NCBI GenBank assembly: GCA_963548935.1
Contig: CAUUVS010000002.1
Location: forward strand, 51,921 to 115,920
Reading direction: 5' to 3'
Length of the DNA: 64,000 nucleotides
Source: an uncultured Bacteroidales bacterium
GTDB lineage: Bacteria; Bacteroidota; Bacteroidia; Bacteroidales; UBA932
Part shown: in pieces, positions 46,976-57,805 of the stretch
Layout: every line of letters starts with the position of its first letter
Numbering within the stretch: the stretch's first letter is position 1
Translations under genes and position numbers: made by a program
The notes under the pieces: model-generated
The model's database searches: none
Seen by the model: the letters and a program-made list of their open reading frames with translations, nothing else
Told to the model about the DNA's origin: nothing

Positions 46976-48991
46976 ATGAAACATTGGATCAAATACATAA
47001 CAATTACCCTGCTTAGTCTGTCTTTTCAATGGCAGGCTTTAGCACAGTATGATTTGGATGTTTTCTTTCTCAGGGGCAGGCAAGCTCTTGCAGACGGCAA
47101 GTTCGGACAGTCGATAGAAAATTTCAATGTCCTTGCTCGTCTTGACACAACTGATTATTGGACATTCTTTTACAGAGGAATTGCTAAATATAATTTGGGC
47201 GATTTGCGAGGTGCGCGGAAAGATTTCAACACTTCAGTACGTATCAATCCTGTCTTTACTTCCGGATATCATTATAGGGCGATTACAGAAAGTCGTTTCG
47301 GTGATTATGATAAGGCGCTTGCAGATCTTCAGACAGCCATAGGTCTTAGGCCGGGATTTGAAGGTCTTTATTTCAGTAGAGGTGTTACATATTTTCTTTC
47401 ACAGCAATTTGATAAGGCGGTGGATGATTTTGACCGTTATATCAGGAAGCAACCTAAAGACCCTTCTGCCTATCTCAACAGGGGGGCATGTTATCTTTTC
47501 CTGAGTGATACCACCAAGGCTTTGGCAGATTATAATAAGGCCATATCTTTGGACGGTTTTGAACCGGAAGGTTATGTAAGAAGAGGTCGTTTGTATGCTT
47601 CTGCCCATGATTTTGATAAGGCTCTTGCCGATATGGACAAGGCAATATCTCTTGATTCCACCAATACGTTTGCGTATTTTAATAGGGCAATCATGAATTA
47701 TGAGAAGCAGAACTTCAATGCTGCTATGGCAGATTTGAATAAAGTGCTTGAAGAAGAGCCTGGCAATGCCTTGACTCTGTATAACAGAAGCCTTATCAAT
47801 GCACAGATAGGCAATTTTGAGAATGCTCTTGCCGATATGGACAGAGTCATAAATATTAATCCCAAAAATGTACTTGCATACTACAACAGAGCCTCATTCT
47901 TTGTTCAGATGAGCCGCTGGCAGGATGCTTTGGCAGATTATGATAAAGCTATTGAGTTATATCCTGATTTTGCAAAAGCATATATGAACAGGTCTTATGT
48001 GGAGAATCGGCTTGGCATGAAGACTGCGTCTAAAAAAGATTATGATACAGCACGTAGAAAGGTCAGCGAATACAGAAAAGCCAATATGGATTCGTCCGTA
48101 TCGTTTGCAGATACTACCAAAAAGTATAGTTCTCTGTTGGCTTTAGATGCTGATTTTGCAAAGAAAGATTTTAATGATGAACTTCTACAGCATAGGGATA
48201 TTGATATACGCTTGCGTCCTCTCTATAAATTCAGACTTTCCAATGAGTATTCAAATGCAAGTTATGTATTAAATAACAGATATGAGAACCTGTTGTTGGA
48301 CAAGTTCCTTGCTGACTCCAAAGTTCCGATAAAAATATCCAATAGGGATAGTGTCGTCGTTAAGGATGATGGTGAGAAAGTTTTGAGAGATAATATCATG
48401 GGGCAATATTCCGGACCTGATATTAATTTTTTGATAGGACTGTATGAAATGTCAGATAGGCAGTTCAATATGGCATTAGGTTATTATGACAAGGCGATTG
48501 AAAATGAGACGAAAGATAAATATGGAAAACTATATAAGGCTTTTTACTTGTTAAATAGAGGCGTCCTCCGGGCTGAAATGATCGACTTTATCAATTCAAT
48601 TGAAAATAATGTTCAGGCTCTGAAAATGGATGACAAAGGTGCCGTAAGGGCAAGGGTGCAGTATCAGGTGAGCAAGACCTACGATTATTCTGAAGCTGTT
48701 GAGGATATTGTGGCGGCAAGAGATATTCTGCCGGACAACCCTTATATTTATTATAATCTGGGCAACTTGTATTGTCTGTCATCCAAGATGGTCGACGCTA
48801 TTGATTGCTACAATAAGGCAATTGAAATATACAAATATATGGGAGATGCTTATTACAATAGGGGACTGGTACTTATATATTTGAAGGATAAGGAAAAAGG
48901 TTGTATAGATCTTTCGCATGCCGGAGAGCTTGGTGTGACAGAGGCATACAATGTTATTAGCAGGTATTGTGAGGAAAACAAAGATAAATGA
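46976..48991 (+). CDS. Secreted tetratricopeptide-repeat protein
   Basis: Signal peptide; more than 10 TPR units (AY.NRG, A..DY.KAI.L.P). Confidence 0.92.
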   Translation: MKHWIKYITITLLSLSFQWQALAQYDLDVFFLRGRQALADGKFGQSIENFNVLARLDTTDYWTFFYRGIAKYNLGDLRGARKDFNTSVRINPVFTSGYHYRAITESRFGDYDKALADLQTAIGLRPGFEGLYFSRGVTYFLSQQFDKAVDDFDRYIRKQPKDPSAYLNRGACYLFLSDTTKALADYNKAISLDGFEPEGYVRRGRLYASAHDFDKALADMDKAISLDSTNTFAYFNRAIMNYEKQNFNAAMADLNKVLEEEPGNALTLYNRSLINAQIGNFENALADMDRVININPKNVLAYYNRASFFVQMSRWQDALADYDKAIELYPDFAKAYMNRSYVENRLGMKTASKKDYDTARRKVSEYRKANMDSSVSFADTTKKYSSLLALDADFAKKDFNDELLQHRDIDIRLRPLYKFRLSNEYSNASYVLNNRYENLLLDKFLADSKVPIKISNRDSVVVKDDGEKVLRDNIMGQYSGPDINFLIGLYEMSDRQFNMALGYYDKAIENETKDKYGKLYKAFYLLNRGVLRAEMIDFINSIENNVQALKMDDKGAVRARVQYQVSKTYDYSEAVEDIVAARDILPDNPYIYYNLGNLYCLSSKMVDAIDCYNKAIEIYKYMGDAYYNRGLVLIYLKDKEKGCIDLSHAGELGVTEAYNVISRYCEENKDK

Positions 48992-49001
48992 TGATAGCGG
49001 G

Positions 49002-49811
49002 ATGGTAGGTTTTATGAGTTTTTCAAGCGGCAGTTGCGGCAATTGTTATTTTTTGCATTTCGAAGATGAAAAAGGTGTCCGGCATGGTATGGTTATCGAT
49101 GCCGGTGTGAGTGTGAAGCGATTGAAGCAGGGACTTATACATTGCGGACTGGATCTCGATTCTTTCAGTTCTGTTTTGATTACTCATGACCATATGGATC
49201 ATATAAGGCATCTTGGCTCTTTTTGTAAGAGACTTTGCAAGCCTGTTTATGCTACATCGGTACTGCATCGGGCTTTGTCTTATCATTCTGTTGTAGGTAA
49301 GCATATTTTGGATTGTAGGAGACTGTTAAAAGACGGAGAGTGGAATGAAATTGACGGTTTTAAGGTCAAGTCTTTTGTCGTGCCGCATGATGCAACCCAG
49401 ACCGTAGGCTATGCTATTTTTGCCGGTTCTCATAAGTTTGTGATTATGACTGATTTGGGGCGTATTACGCAGGAAGCTATAGATTTTGCATCTGAGGCTG
49501 ATACTGTGGTGGTGGAGTCAAATTATGATATGGATATGCTGATTTCAGGTTCGTACACTCACGAACTTAAGATGAGAATTTGTCAGGGAAACGGACATTT
49601 GAGCAATGATGAGTGCGCTTTGGCAATAAAGCAGTTCTGGCACAAAGGGCTTAGGAATATATTTCTGTGTCATTTGAGTGAGAATAACAATACGCCGGAA
49701 TTAGCTTACAAGACTGCAAGAGCTGCTTTAGATTCTATTGGTGTAGGGATTGGTGAAGTCAATATGCAGCCCCTTCCTCGTACCTATCAGTCGCAATATT
49801 TCATACTATGA
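49002..49811 (+). CDS. MBL-fold metallo-hydrolase (YycJ/WalJ-like)
   Basis: SGSCGN, IDAG, THDHMDH, VPHDA, TDLG, ESNYD, GHLSN and HLSENNN. Confidence 0.9.
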   Translation: MVGFMSFSSGSCGNCYFLHFEDEKGVRHGMVIDAGVSVKRLKQGLIHCGLDLDSFSSVLITHDHMDHIRHLGSFCKRLCKPVYATSVLHRALSYHSVVGKHILDCRRLLKDGEWNEIDGFKVKSFVVPHDATQTVGYAIFAGSHKFVIMTDLGRITQEAIDFASEADTVVVESNYDMDMLISGSYTHELKMRICQGNGHLSNDECALAIKQFWHKGLRNIFLCHLSENNNTPELAYKTARAALDSIGVGIGEVNMQPLPRTYQSQYFIL

Positions 49812-49878
49812 TATAGTATGCCACCCCAAAGAATATGACTTTCTTTAACGATGGCATCATTATAATTAAAAAGCAGTC

Positions 49879-51117
49879 TTATGCCATTGAATTCTCAATT
49901 CGTTTGAGCCCGATGATGAGTCTGTGCAAACCTTCAGAGAGAATTGATTTGGGACAAGCCAGATTTATTCGGATAAAACCTTCCGTTCCATACATAGAGC
50001 CGGCATTGACCCAGACATGCTCATTTTGCAGAAGGCTATTTTCAATTTCAAGAGAAGTCATATTGCCGGCAGCACTGCAATCGAGCCAAGCCAGATAGGT
50101 CCCCTCCAAATCTGTTAGGGTAAAATTCGGCAGCTCGTCGATTACCAATTGTTTTAGATAATTATAATTACTTGCAATATATTCGTTCAACTGCTCTATC
50201 CAGTCTTCTCCTTCGGTTCGATATCGCCCTATGAAGCCATCAGGTTCAGGCGCTCCGTAGGCTGCTATAAGACCAGCGATACCAAAAGCATTGACATCGC
50301 ATATTTCGTTGATATTGATTGCCCTGTCTATTTTCTGTCTCCATACTTCATTATCTGTTATGATATTGGCAATTTGGAGACCTGCTATATTGAAAGATTT
50401 GCTTGGTGAGTTGAGCGTAACACAGCAATGCTGATTCTGTTCCGAAGCAACGGCAAAAGGAATGAATCTGTTGCCGGGCCTGATAATTTCGCAATGGATT
50501 TCATCACTTACAACAAGGATATCATGTCTTCTGCATATTTCTCCGATTCTGGAAAGTTCTTCTTTGCTCCATACTCTACCTGCAGGATTATGAGGATTGC
50601 AGAGCAAAAAGACCTTTGCTTTTTCATCGCTGCACTTTTCTTCAAAATTTTCAAAATCAATGGCATAGTGCCCGATTCCATCATTTACGGTATATTTCAA
50701 TGGACTTTCGGAAATCTCGCATCCGTTGTTTCTTATGGACGAGAAGAAACAGTTATAGACAGGTGTCTGAATAATAACCTTGTCTCCCGGATTGGTAAAA
50801 GCTTTTAGAACAGCCGATATTGCAGGTACAACACCTGTGGTGTATATTATCCATTCCGGATTTATTTTCCAGTTATAACGTCTGGAGAACCAGCTGCATA
50901 CTGATTGATAATAAATCTCAGGCACGATATTGTATCCGAAAACACCATGTTCTACCCTCTTTTTTAGAGCCTCTCTGATAAAAGGCGCTGCCTTGAAGTC
51001 CATATCAGCTACCCACATTGGAATAATATCGCTATTCACTTCAACGGGAGGCTTTGCATCCCATTTTATGCAGTTACTATTCTTTCTGTCTGTTATAATG
51101 TCGAAATCGTATTTCAT
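49879..51117 (-). CDS. MalY/PatB-family PLP-dependent cystathionine beta-lyase
   Basis: PMWVADMDF, LCNPHNP.GRVW, SDEIH, SPSKSFNIAG and RINLAC. Confidence 0.93.
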   Translation of the reverse strand: MKYDFDIITDRKNSNCIKWDAKPPVEVNSDIIPMWVADMDFKAAPFIREALKKRVEHGVFGYNIVPEIYYQSVCSWFSRRYNWKINPEWIIYTTGVVPAISAVLKAFTNPGDKVIIQTPVYNCFFSSIRNNGCEISESPLKYTVNDGIGHYAIDFENFEEKCSDEKAKVFLLCNPHNPAGRVWSKEELSRIGEICRRHDILVVSDEIHCEIIRPGNRFIPFAVASEQNQHCCVTLNSPSKSFNIAGLQIANIITDNEVWRQKIDRAININEICDVNAFGIAGLIAAYGAPEPDGFIGRYRTEGEDWIEQLNEYIASNYNYLKQLVIDELPNFTLTDLEGTYLAWLDCSAAGNMTSLEIENSLLQNEHVWVNAGSMYGTEGFIRINLACPKSILSEGLHRLIIGLKRIENSMA

Positions 51118-51150
51118 ATTGTCTATTATTGCAAATTGATATAGCTCGAA

Positions 51151-51993
51151 TCAACCGATAATTATCTTGCAGTCACCAGGAGCTTTCATGTTTTTGTCAA
51201 TTATCACTTCTCCTATGCTTCCTGCTTTTAGAGAACCTGCGCGTGGATTTTTTATAGAGGTTATATTGCCTATAATGTTGCCATTGACTGAAGAATATTC
51301 CATGGCAAGGTCGGCATCAGGTCCGAATGTGCAGTCTTCAAGGATCAAGTTCTCAGCATAGCACAGAGGTTGAGTGCCTGTAATGTGGCAGCGTACAAGC
51401 CTGAGATTGCGGGAATACCATCCAAGATATTCACCGTTGATTTCGGAGTCGTATACGGTCACATTATTTGTCTCCCAAAAAGCATCTTTGGTGTCTAATT
51501 TGGAATTACGTATTTCGATATTTGAACTCCACTGGAAAGAATAATTGCCGTTTAGCTTGAAATTTTTGATTTTCAAGTTATTGCAGTGCATAAAAATATA
51601 GTCGGCATGATCAGCCGTAACATTTTCCATATCTACATTATGGCAATGCCACATTGTCTCGGAAGCAGACGGGATCTGCACATTCTTTAGTATCATGCCA
51701 TCCATTTCCCTGAACATTTTCGGAGAGTCCACAATGGTATTTTCCATTACCATATTTTTGGAGTACCAAATTCCTGCCCTTGCTCCTCCTGTAAACAGAC
51801 AGTTCTTGATTACAAAGCCATCACAACACCAGAAAGGGTATTTTCCTTCGAACTGACAATTGACGGCCGTAATATTGCTTGTTTCTTTCAATGAAGATTC
51901 TCCGGTGTGAATCTTGACATTCTCTAAATAAAGGTCGTGTTCGCAATAAAGAGGTCTTTCTCCTCCGAATTCTTGATTTCTTATTTCTTTCAT
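51151..51993 (-). CDS. DUF3737-family beta-helix protein
   Basis: FGGERPL, GES.LKE, GKYPFW, PKMFRE, TKDAFW, GEYLGW and GTQPLCY. Confidence 0.88.
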   Translation of the reverse strand: MKEIRNQEFGGERPLYCEHDLYLENVKIHTGESSLKETSNITAVNCQFEGKYPFWCCDGFVIKNCLFTGGARAGIWYSKNMVMENTIVDSPKMFREMDGMILKNVQIPSASETMWHCHNVDMENVTADHADYIFMHCNNLKIKNFKLNGNYSFQWSSNIEIRNSKLDTKDAFWETNNVTVYDSEINGEYLGWYSRNLRLVRCHITGTQPLCYAENLILEDCTFGPDADLAMEYSSVNGNIIGNITSIKNPRAGSLKAGSIGEVIIDKNMKAPGDCKIIIG

Positions 51994-51994
51994 T

Positions 51995-53371
51995 TTATAT
52001 TAAACGTTTCTTTTTCAACCATTTGTCTCCTCTTAAGCGGAAGAAGAATATGATTCCTCTTGCATTTAGCTCAATGCACATTGCTATCCAGTATCCGGCA
52101 AGACCATATTTTGGCGTCAAAACTAATGCCAGACCTATTCTTATAAGCCAGATGCTTCCAAAATTCAGAATACTCGGCAATAGAGTGTCTCCGGCTCCGA
52201 CAAAAACGCCATAAGCGACAATTGATACAGCATATAATGTCTCTGCAAATGCTTCTATCCTAAGTACTTTACTTCCTAAAGCCGCTACTTCTCCGTCCGA
52301 TGTAAGGAGTCCCATTATCGTAGGAGCGAAAATATACATCAGGATAGCCAGAAATGTCATTATGACAGTAGCTATTAGCACAGTAATGTTGCTGAGACGT
52401 CTTGCAATATCTTTTCTTCCTGCACCGAAACTTTGGCCGACGAGAGTTGTAGCGGCTTCCTGAAGACCAAAGCCCGGCATATAGCAGAAACTCTCTGCCG
52501 TAATTGCAAAGGTATTGGCAGCAATTGCCACAGCTCCTAATGGCGCAACAATAATCGTGCACATAATATAGGCTCCTCTCATTATTATATTCTGTAGGCA
52601 TAGAGGGCCTGTGATGCTTAAAGCGTTCTTTATTACTATTCTGTCAGGGATGAAAGAACCTTTTTCTCCTTTGAGATTCAGTTCTTCAGACTTGCACGTC
52701 GCATACCATACTGCAAATATCGATACCATTGTTTCGGCCGCTCCTGTGCCTAAAGCTGCTCCTGCAACCCCTAAATCCAAAATATATATAAACAAGTAAT
52801 TGAAAACGACATCCAGCAATGCCAAAGTTACATACATAATACTAGGAACTTTCATATTGCCGCTGGCTTGGAGCATGGCGCTTGCTGTATAACCTATAGA
52901 GCCGATTGGCATAAAAGCGGTAAAAATCAGAAAATACCGGGTGGCATCGCTTATTATTTCAGATGTACCTCCTAACCAGTATGGCAGTTTACTGCTGATA
53001 AGCGCCCCTATTATTGCCAATAGACAAGTAAATAGAAATACGCTTGCAAGTCCTTGACGCAATAGGTTTTTTGCTGCAATAAAATCTTTGGCTCCGCATT
53101 TGTGAGCTACTTGTACTGAAAATCCTGACATTAATGCCATAAAGAATCCATTGAGGATCCATGTGCTTGTGGATACGAGTCCGATGGAAGCAGCCGGGTT
53201 TGCTCCAAGATGCCCAACCATAGCGGCATCTATATATTGCATGAGTACAGACGAAATCTGGGCGAGTATAGCAGGTGTGGCTAAAAGAATCGCAAGTCTT
53301 AACAATTGTCCGTCTGTCATCGGATTTTTGTTGCGAATAAGCCCTAATAATTCGTCTTTACTTTCTTTCAT
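51995..53371 (-). CDS. MATE-family efflux transporter
   Basis: 12-TM pattern, YIDAAMVGHLG, LGVAGAALGT and TTLVGQSFGAG. Start chosen at MKESK, downstream of TATCTTTG at 53393-53400. Confidence 0.92.
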   Translation of the reverse strand: MKESKDELLGLIRNKNPMTDGQLLRLAILLATPAILAQISSVLMQYIDAAMVGHLGANPAASIGLVSTSTWILNGFFMALMSGFSVQVAHKCGAKDFIAAKNLLRQGLASVFLFTCLLAIIGALISSKLPYWLGGTSEIISDATRYFLIFTAFMPIGSIGYTASAMLQASGNMKVPSIMYVTLALLDVVFNYLFIYILDLGVAGAALGTGAAETMVSIFAVWYATCKSEELNLKGEKGSFIPDRIVIKNALSITGPLCLQNIIMRGAYIMCTIIVAPLGAVAIAANTFAITAESFCYMPGFGLQEAATTLVGQSFGAGRKDIARRLSNITVLIATVIMTFLAILMYIFAPTIMGLLTSDGEVAALGSKVLRIEAFAETLYAVSIVAYGVFVGAGDTLLPSILNFGSIWLIRIGLALVLTPKYGLAGYWIAMCIELNARGIIFFFRLRGDKWLKKKRLI

Positions 53372-53534
53372 ATATTTTGAATATATAATTTGCAAAGATA
53401 CTTAAAATCCAAAATTTTATGCAGTACGATTGTCTGTATTCTGTAAAATACCAAGTTATTGGTATTGTTTATAAACAAAGAGATGCCGACCTTTACATAT
53501 TAAGATAATTTGTTGTGTGTATAAAAAATAAAAG

Positions 53535-55838
53535 ATGAAACGTATTCTAATATTATTATTGATTGTTTGCACGGCAGGGATTGCTTTTGCAAACGATATG
53601 GACAATTCGGTTAGAAAAAAGGCTACAATCAAAGGTCGTATTATGGATTTAGCCACAAATAATCCTGTTGCATTTGCAGGGATAATAGTCAAAGGTACAA
53701 TGGTCGGCACGACAGCCAATGAATCAGGATACTATATTATAAAAAGCGCTCCTGTCGGTAAACTGACCTTAGAAGTGACATCAATAGGTTATGTATCGGC
53801 AAGGAAAATTGTGGAAGTTATAGATGATGATGTGCTTACGGTCAATTTTGAATTGGAGGAAGACGAGAGCAGTCTGGATGAAGTAATTGTTTCGGCCAAT
53901 AGATCTGAGACAACAAGAAAGATGGCGCCTACTTTAGTTAATGTTGTCAGTCTCAAAACTTTGGAAGAGACAAATTCTGCTTGTCTGGCGCAGGGATTGA
54001 ATTTTCAGCCGGGAGTGAGAGTTGAGACAAATTGCCAGAATTGTGGATTCAAACAGGTACGAATTAACGGATTGGATGGGCATTATTCACAGATTCTTAT
54101 TGATTCCAGACCTATTTTCAGCGCTTTGGCAGGTGTGTATGGTCTGGATCAGATTCCTACCAATATGCTTGATCGTATCGAGGTTATGAGAGGCGGAGGA
54201 TCTGCGCTATTCGGTTCTTCTGCAATTGCAGGCACTATTAATATTATTACGAAAGAGCCTTCCAGAAATTCATTTAATATTGCTCATAATTTTTCTAATA
54301 TCGGCGGAAAGGATGCTTTTATCAATAATACTACTGTAAATTCCTCTTTTGTCAGTGAAGATAATAAATTTGGCATATCCACCTATGGACAGATTAGCAA
54401 ACGAGATGGTTATGATCATGATGAGGATAAGTTTACAGAAATGCCTGAACTTAAAAATCAGATGGTAGGTATCCGTTCTTTCTTTAGGACCGGTGATTAT
54501 TCCAAAATCACTGCCGAATATCATCATCTTCATGAGCATAGAAGAGGAGGAGACAACCTTGCCAGACCCCCTCATGAGGCTGAAATCGCTGAGGCTCTTG
54601 AGCACGATGTCAATAGCGGTAATGTGAAATTCGATTATTTTTCCTCTAATCAGAGGCACAAATTAAGTGTTTTCGGTTCTGCTCAACACGTACATCGTGA
54701 CAGTTATTATGGTGCCGGAAAAGACTTGAATGCTTATGGTACAACTAATGATATGACATTTGTTACCGGAGCACAGTACAATTATAAATTCAATAAGTGC
54801 CTGTTTATGCCGGCAGAATTTGTAGCGGGGTTGGAATATAATCAGGATAATATTGAGGACAATATGTGGGGATACAAGCGTCACGTGAAACAAAATGTGA
54901 AAATAGGAAGTCTTTTCCTACAGAATGAATGGAAAAATAACAAGGTCGGATTCTTGTTGGGAGGACGTCTTGACAAGCATAACTTGGTAAAGGCTCCTAT
55001 TTTTAGCCCGAGGGTGAATGTCCGTTACAATCCGGTACAGAATGTCAATTTGAGAGCCAGCTATTCATTTGGATTTCGTGCACCGCAGGCATTTGACGAA
55101 GACTTGCATATTGAGAATGTTGGAGGTACAGTGGCAATGATACGTCTTGCCAAGGATTTGAAGGAGGAGCGCTCACAGAGTTTCAGCCTTTCTGCCGATA
55201 TGTATCATAACTGGGGTTCATGGCAGGCTAATCTTTTGCTTGAAGGCTTCTATACAAGATTGTCAAATGCTTTTGCTTTGAAGGATTTGGGAAAAAATGC
55301 CGAAGGCATTATGATCAAGGAAAGAGTCAATGAATCCGGGGCAAATGTATATGGCGGTGTGCTGGAGGGCAAACTTTCATACAAGAAGTATATGCAGTTT
55401 CAGGCAGGTCTGACTCTCCAGAGAGCCGAATATTTTGATGCTCGCAATTGGAGCGAGGATAAAGATCTTCCTCTTGAAAAGAGAATATTCCGTACTCCTA
55501 ATTTATATGGTTATTTTACATTATCTTCCAACCCCATTGCTGACTGGGAATTTGCTTTTAGCGGAAATTATACAGGAAGTATGCTTGTAGAGCATCATAA
55601 GGGTTTTATTAATAAGGATCGTACAGAGAAGACAAAAGGATTTATGGAGTTGAATTTCAAGACTGAATATGATTTCAAGATATATAAGAAGATGATTTTT
55701 GAGATCAATGCCGGGGTTCAGAATATATTTAATGCTTATCAAAATGATTTTGACAAAGGGTCTGACAGGGATGCTAACTATATTTATGGTCCTGGCAATC
55801 CGAGGATGTTTTTTGCCGGCATTAAAATCAGTTATTAA
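53535..55838 (+). CDS. TonB-dependent receptor (non-SusC type) with CxxC in plug
   Basis: Signal peptide, N-terminal extension, LDEVIVSANR, ETNCQNCG, RIEVMRGGGSALFG and YIYGP..PR. Confidence 0.92.
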   Translation: MKRILILLLIVCTAGIAFANDMDNSVRKKATIKGRIMDLATNNPVAFAGIIVKGTMVGTTANESGYYIIKSAPVGKLTLEVTSIGYVSARKIVEVIDDDVLTVNFELEEDESSLDEVIVSANRSETTRKMAPTLVNVVSLKTLEETNSACLAQGLNFQPGVRVETNCQNCGFKQVRINGLDGHYSQILIDSRPIFSALAGVYGLDQIPTNMLDRIEVMRGGGSALFGSSAIAGTINIITKEPSRNSFNIAHNFSNIGGKDAFINNTTVNSSFVSEDNKFGISTYGQISKRDGYDHDEDKFTEMPELKNQMVGIRSFFRTGDYSKITAEYHHLHEHRRGGDNLARPPHEAEIAEALEHDVNSGNVKFDYFSSNQRHKLSVFGSAQHVHRDSYYGAGKDLNAYGTTNDMTFVTGAQYNYKFNKCLFMPAEFVAGLEYNQDNIEDNMWGYKRHVKQNVKIGSLFLQNEWKNNKVGFLLGGRLDKHNLVKAPIFSPRVNVRYNPVQNVNLRASYSFGFRAPQAFDEDLHIENVGGTVAMIRLAKDLKEERSQSFSLSADMYHNWGSWQANLLLEGFYTRLSNAFALKDLGKNAEGIMIKERVNESGANVYGGVLEGKLSYKKYMQFQAGLTLQRAEYFDARNWSEDKDLPLEKRIFRTPNLYGYFTLSSNPIADWEFAFSGNYTGSMLVEHHKGFINKDRTEKTKGFMELNFKTEYDFKIYKKMIFEINAGVQNIFNAYQNDFDKGSDRDANYIYGPGNPRMFFAGIKISY

Positions 55839-55945
55839 TCTTGGATTGAACTTTTTAATAACGTTCTTGTAATATTGATTTATAATCTTAAAGCTACAAA
55901 AGATGATTTATTAGTTTTGTATTAAATAAAAATGTAATATTACAA

Positions 55946-55977
55946 AAATACCGATCGATTGATTTCGACCGGTATTT
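55946..55977 (-). terminator. Terminator after pckA
   Basis: aaataccgatcga/tcgaccggtattt stem with T-tract on the minus strand. Confidence 0.65.
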
Positions 55978-56013
55978 GATTTATTTATTCCGACAAGCGG
56001 AGATTTATTGGCA

Positions 56014-57618
56014 TTAAAGCTGAGGGCCTGCCTTTACAAGAGCCTTGCCGCCATCGTTTGACTCGTATTTGTGGAAGTTCTTGATAAACCTTGCAGCAAG
56101 ATCTTTTGCCTTAACTTCCCATTCCCCTGCATTGGCGTAAGTGTCGCGAGGGTCAAGAATTTTGGTATCAACTCCTTCAAGTTTAGTAGGAACCTCGAAA
56201 TTGAAGTAAGGGATATTCTTTGTAGGAGCGCTGTCAATGCTGTGGTTGAGTATGGCATCGATGATTCCACGTGTATCACGGATGGATATACGCTTGCCGG
56301 TACCGTTCCACCCTGTATTTACAAGGTAAGCCTTTGCACCGCTCTGATTCATTTTCTTGACAAGCTCATCTGCATATTTTGTAGGATGAAGCTCAAGGAA
56401 AGCCTGACCGAAGCAAGCAGAGAATGTAGGAGTCGGTTCGGTAATGCCACGTTCAGTTCCGGCAAGTTTGGCTGTGAAACCTGAAAGGAAGTAATACTTG
56501 GTCTGTTCAGGAGTTAGGATAGACACCGGAGGAAGCACACCGAATGCGTCAGCTGAAAGGAAGATGACCTGTTTTGCAGCAGGACCCTGTGATTCCGGAC
56601 GAACGATGTTGTTGATGTGATATATAGGATAAGATACACGAGTATTTTCCGTTACGCTCTTGTCGTTGAAATCGATAACACCATTCTTATCAACAGTAAC
56701 GTTCTCAAGAAGAGCATCGCGACGGATTGCATTGTAAATATCCGGCTCGGATTCTTTGTCGAGTTTGATAACCTTTGCATAGCATCCTCCTTCAAAGTTG
56801 AATACTCCTTTATCGTCCCAGCCATGCTCATCGTCACCTATAAGAAGACGTTTCGGATCTGTTGAAAGAGTTGTCTTGCCTGTACCTGAAAGACCGAAGA
56901 AAATAGCGGTGTTCTCGCCTTTCATGTCGGTATTTGCAGAGCAGTGCATAGCAGCTATACCGCGAAGAGGAAGGAAGTAGTTCATCATAGAGAATATACC
57001 TTTCTTCATTTCGCCGCCGTACCATGTGTTAAGGATAACCTGCTCCTTTGATGTTACATTGAAGAGAACAGCTGTCTCTGAATTGAGTCCCAATTCCTTG
57101 TAGTTCTCAACTTTAGCCTTTGAAGCGTTATATACCACGAAATCAGGTTCCTGATCAAATTCTGCCTGATTCTTCGGGCGTATGAACATATTCGTTACAA
57201 AATGTGCCTGCCATGCAACCTCCATAATGAAACGAACTTTCATACGGGTATCCTTATGAGTACCGCAGAAGCCATCGACAATATAAAGTTTTTTATTTGA
57301 AAGCTCTCTGATGGCAATTTGCTTGCAAGTTTCCCAAGCATCTTTGGTTGCAGGGTGGTTGTCATTAGGATATTCAGGAGTTGTCCACCATACGGTGTCC
57401 TTTGAATTTTCATCAACAACGATGAATTTGTCTTTAGGAGAACGTCCCGTGTAAACTCCTGTCATTACGTTAATGGCGCCGAGTTCCGTTACCTGACCTT
57501 TGTCAAAACCCGTAAGTTCAGGTCTTGTCTCTTCGTTGTAAAGTACTTCGTATGAAGGGTTGTAAAGTACTTCTTTAACATCCTTGATACCGTACTTGCT
57601 TAAATCAATGTTTGGCAT
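56014..57618 (-). CDS. pckA: Phosphoenolpyruvate carboxykinase (ATP)
   Basis: [35 protein letters not shown] and NFEGGCYAK. Confidence 0.98.
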   Translation of the reverse strand: MPNIDLSKYGIKDVKEVLYNPSYEVLYNEETRPELTGFDKGQVTELGAINVMTGVYTGRSPKDKFIVVDENSKDTVWWTTPEYPNDNHPATKDAWETCKQIAIRELSNKKLYIVDGFCGTHKDTRMKVRFIMEVAWQAHFVTNMFIRPKNQAEFDQEPDFVVYNASKAKVENYKELGLNSETAVLFNVTSKEQVILNTWYGGEMKKGIFSMMNYFLPLRGIAAMHCSANTDMKGENTAIFFGLSGTGKTTLSTDPKRLLIGDDEHGWDDKGVFNFEGGCYAKVIKLDKESEPDIYNAIRRDALLENVTVDKNGVIDFNDKSVTENTRVSYPIYHINNIVRPESQGPAAKQVIFLSADAFGVLPPVSILTPEQTKYYFLSGFTAKLAGTERGITEPTPTFSACFGQAFLELHPTKYADELVKKMNQSGAKAYLVNTGWNGTGKRISIRDTRGIIDAILNHSIDSAPTKNIPYFNFEVPTKLEGVDTKILDPRDTYANAGEWEVKAKDLAARFIKNFHKYESNDGGKALVKAGPQL

Positions 57619-57805
57619 AATGATTTGATATTTTGAATTAAACTATATTATCCATTGATAACCATGCAAAGTTACATTAATATTGCAATTACTCAAACGA
57701 ATAATTTATTAATTTTGCATAAGGCAATCAAACAAATTTCAAATGCAAATATTTTGCCAATAAATGCCTACGAATTGACTTAAAATGATTTAATATATAA
57801 TAATA

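Noticed and set aside
46976..48991. Repetitive DNA in the TPR gene as a repeat array
   Set aside because: Explained by protein-level TPR repeats.
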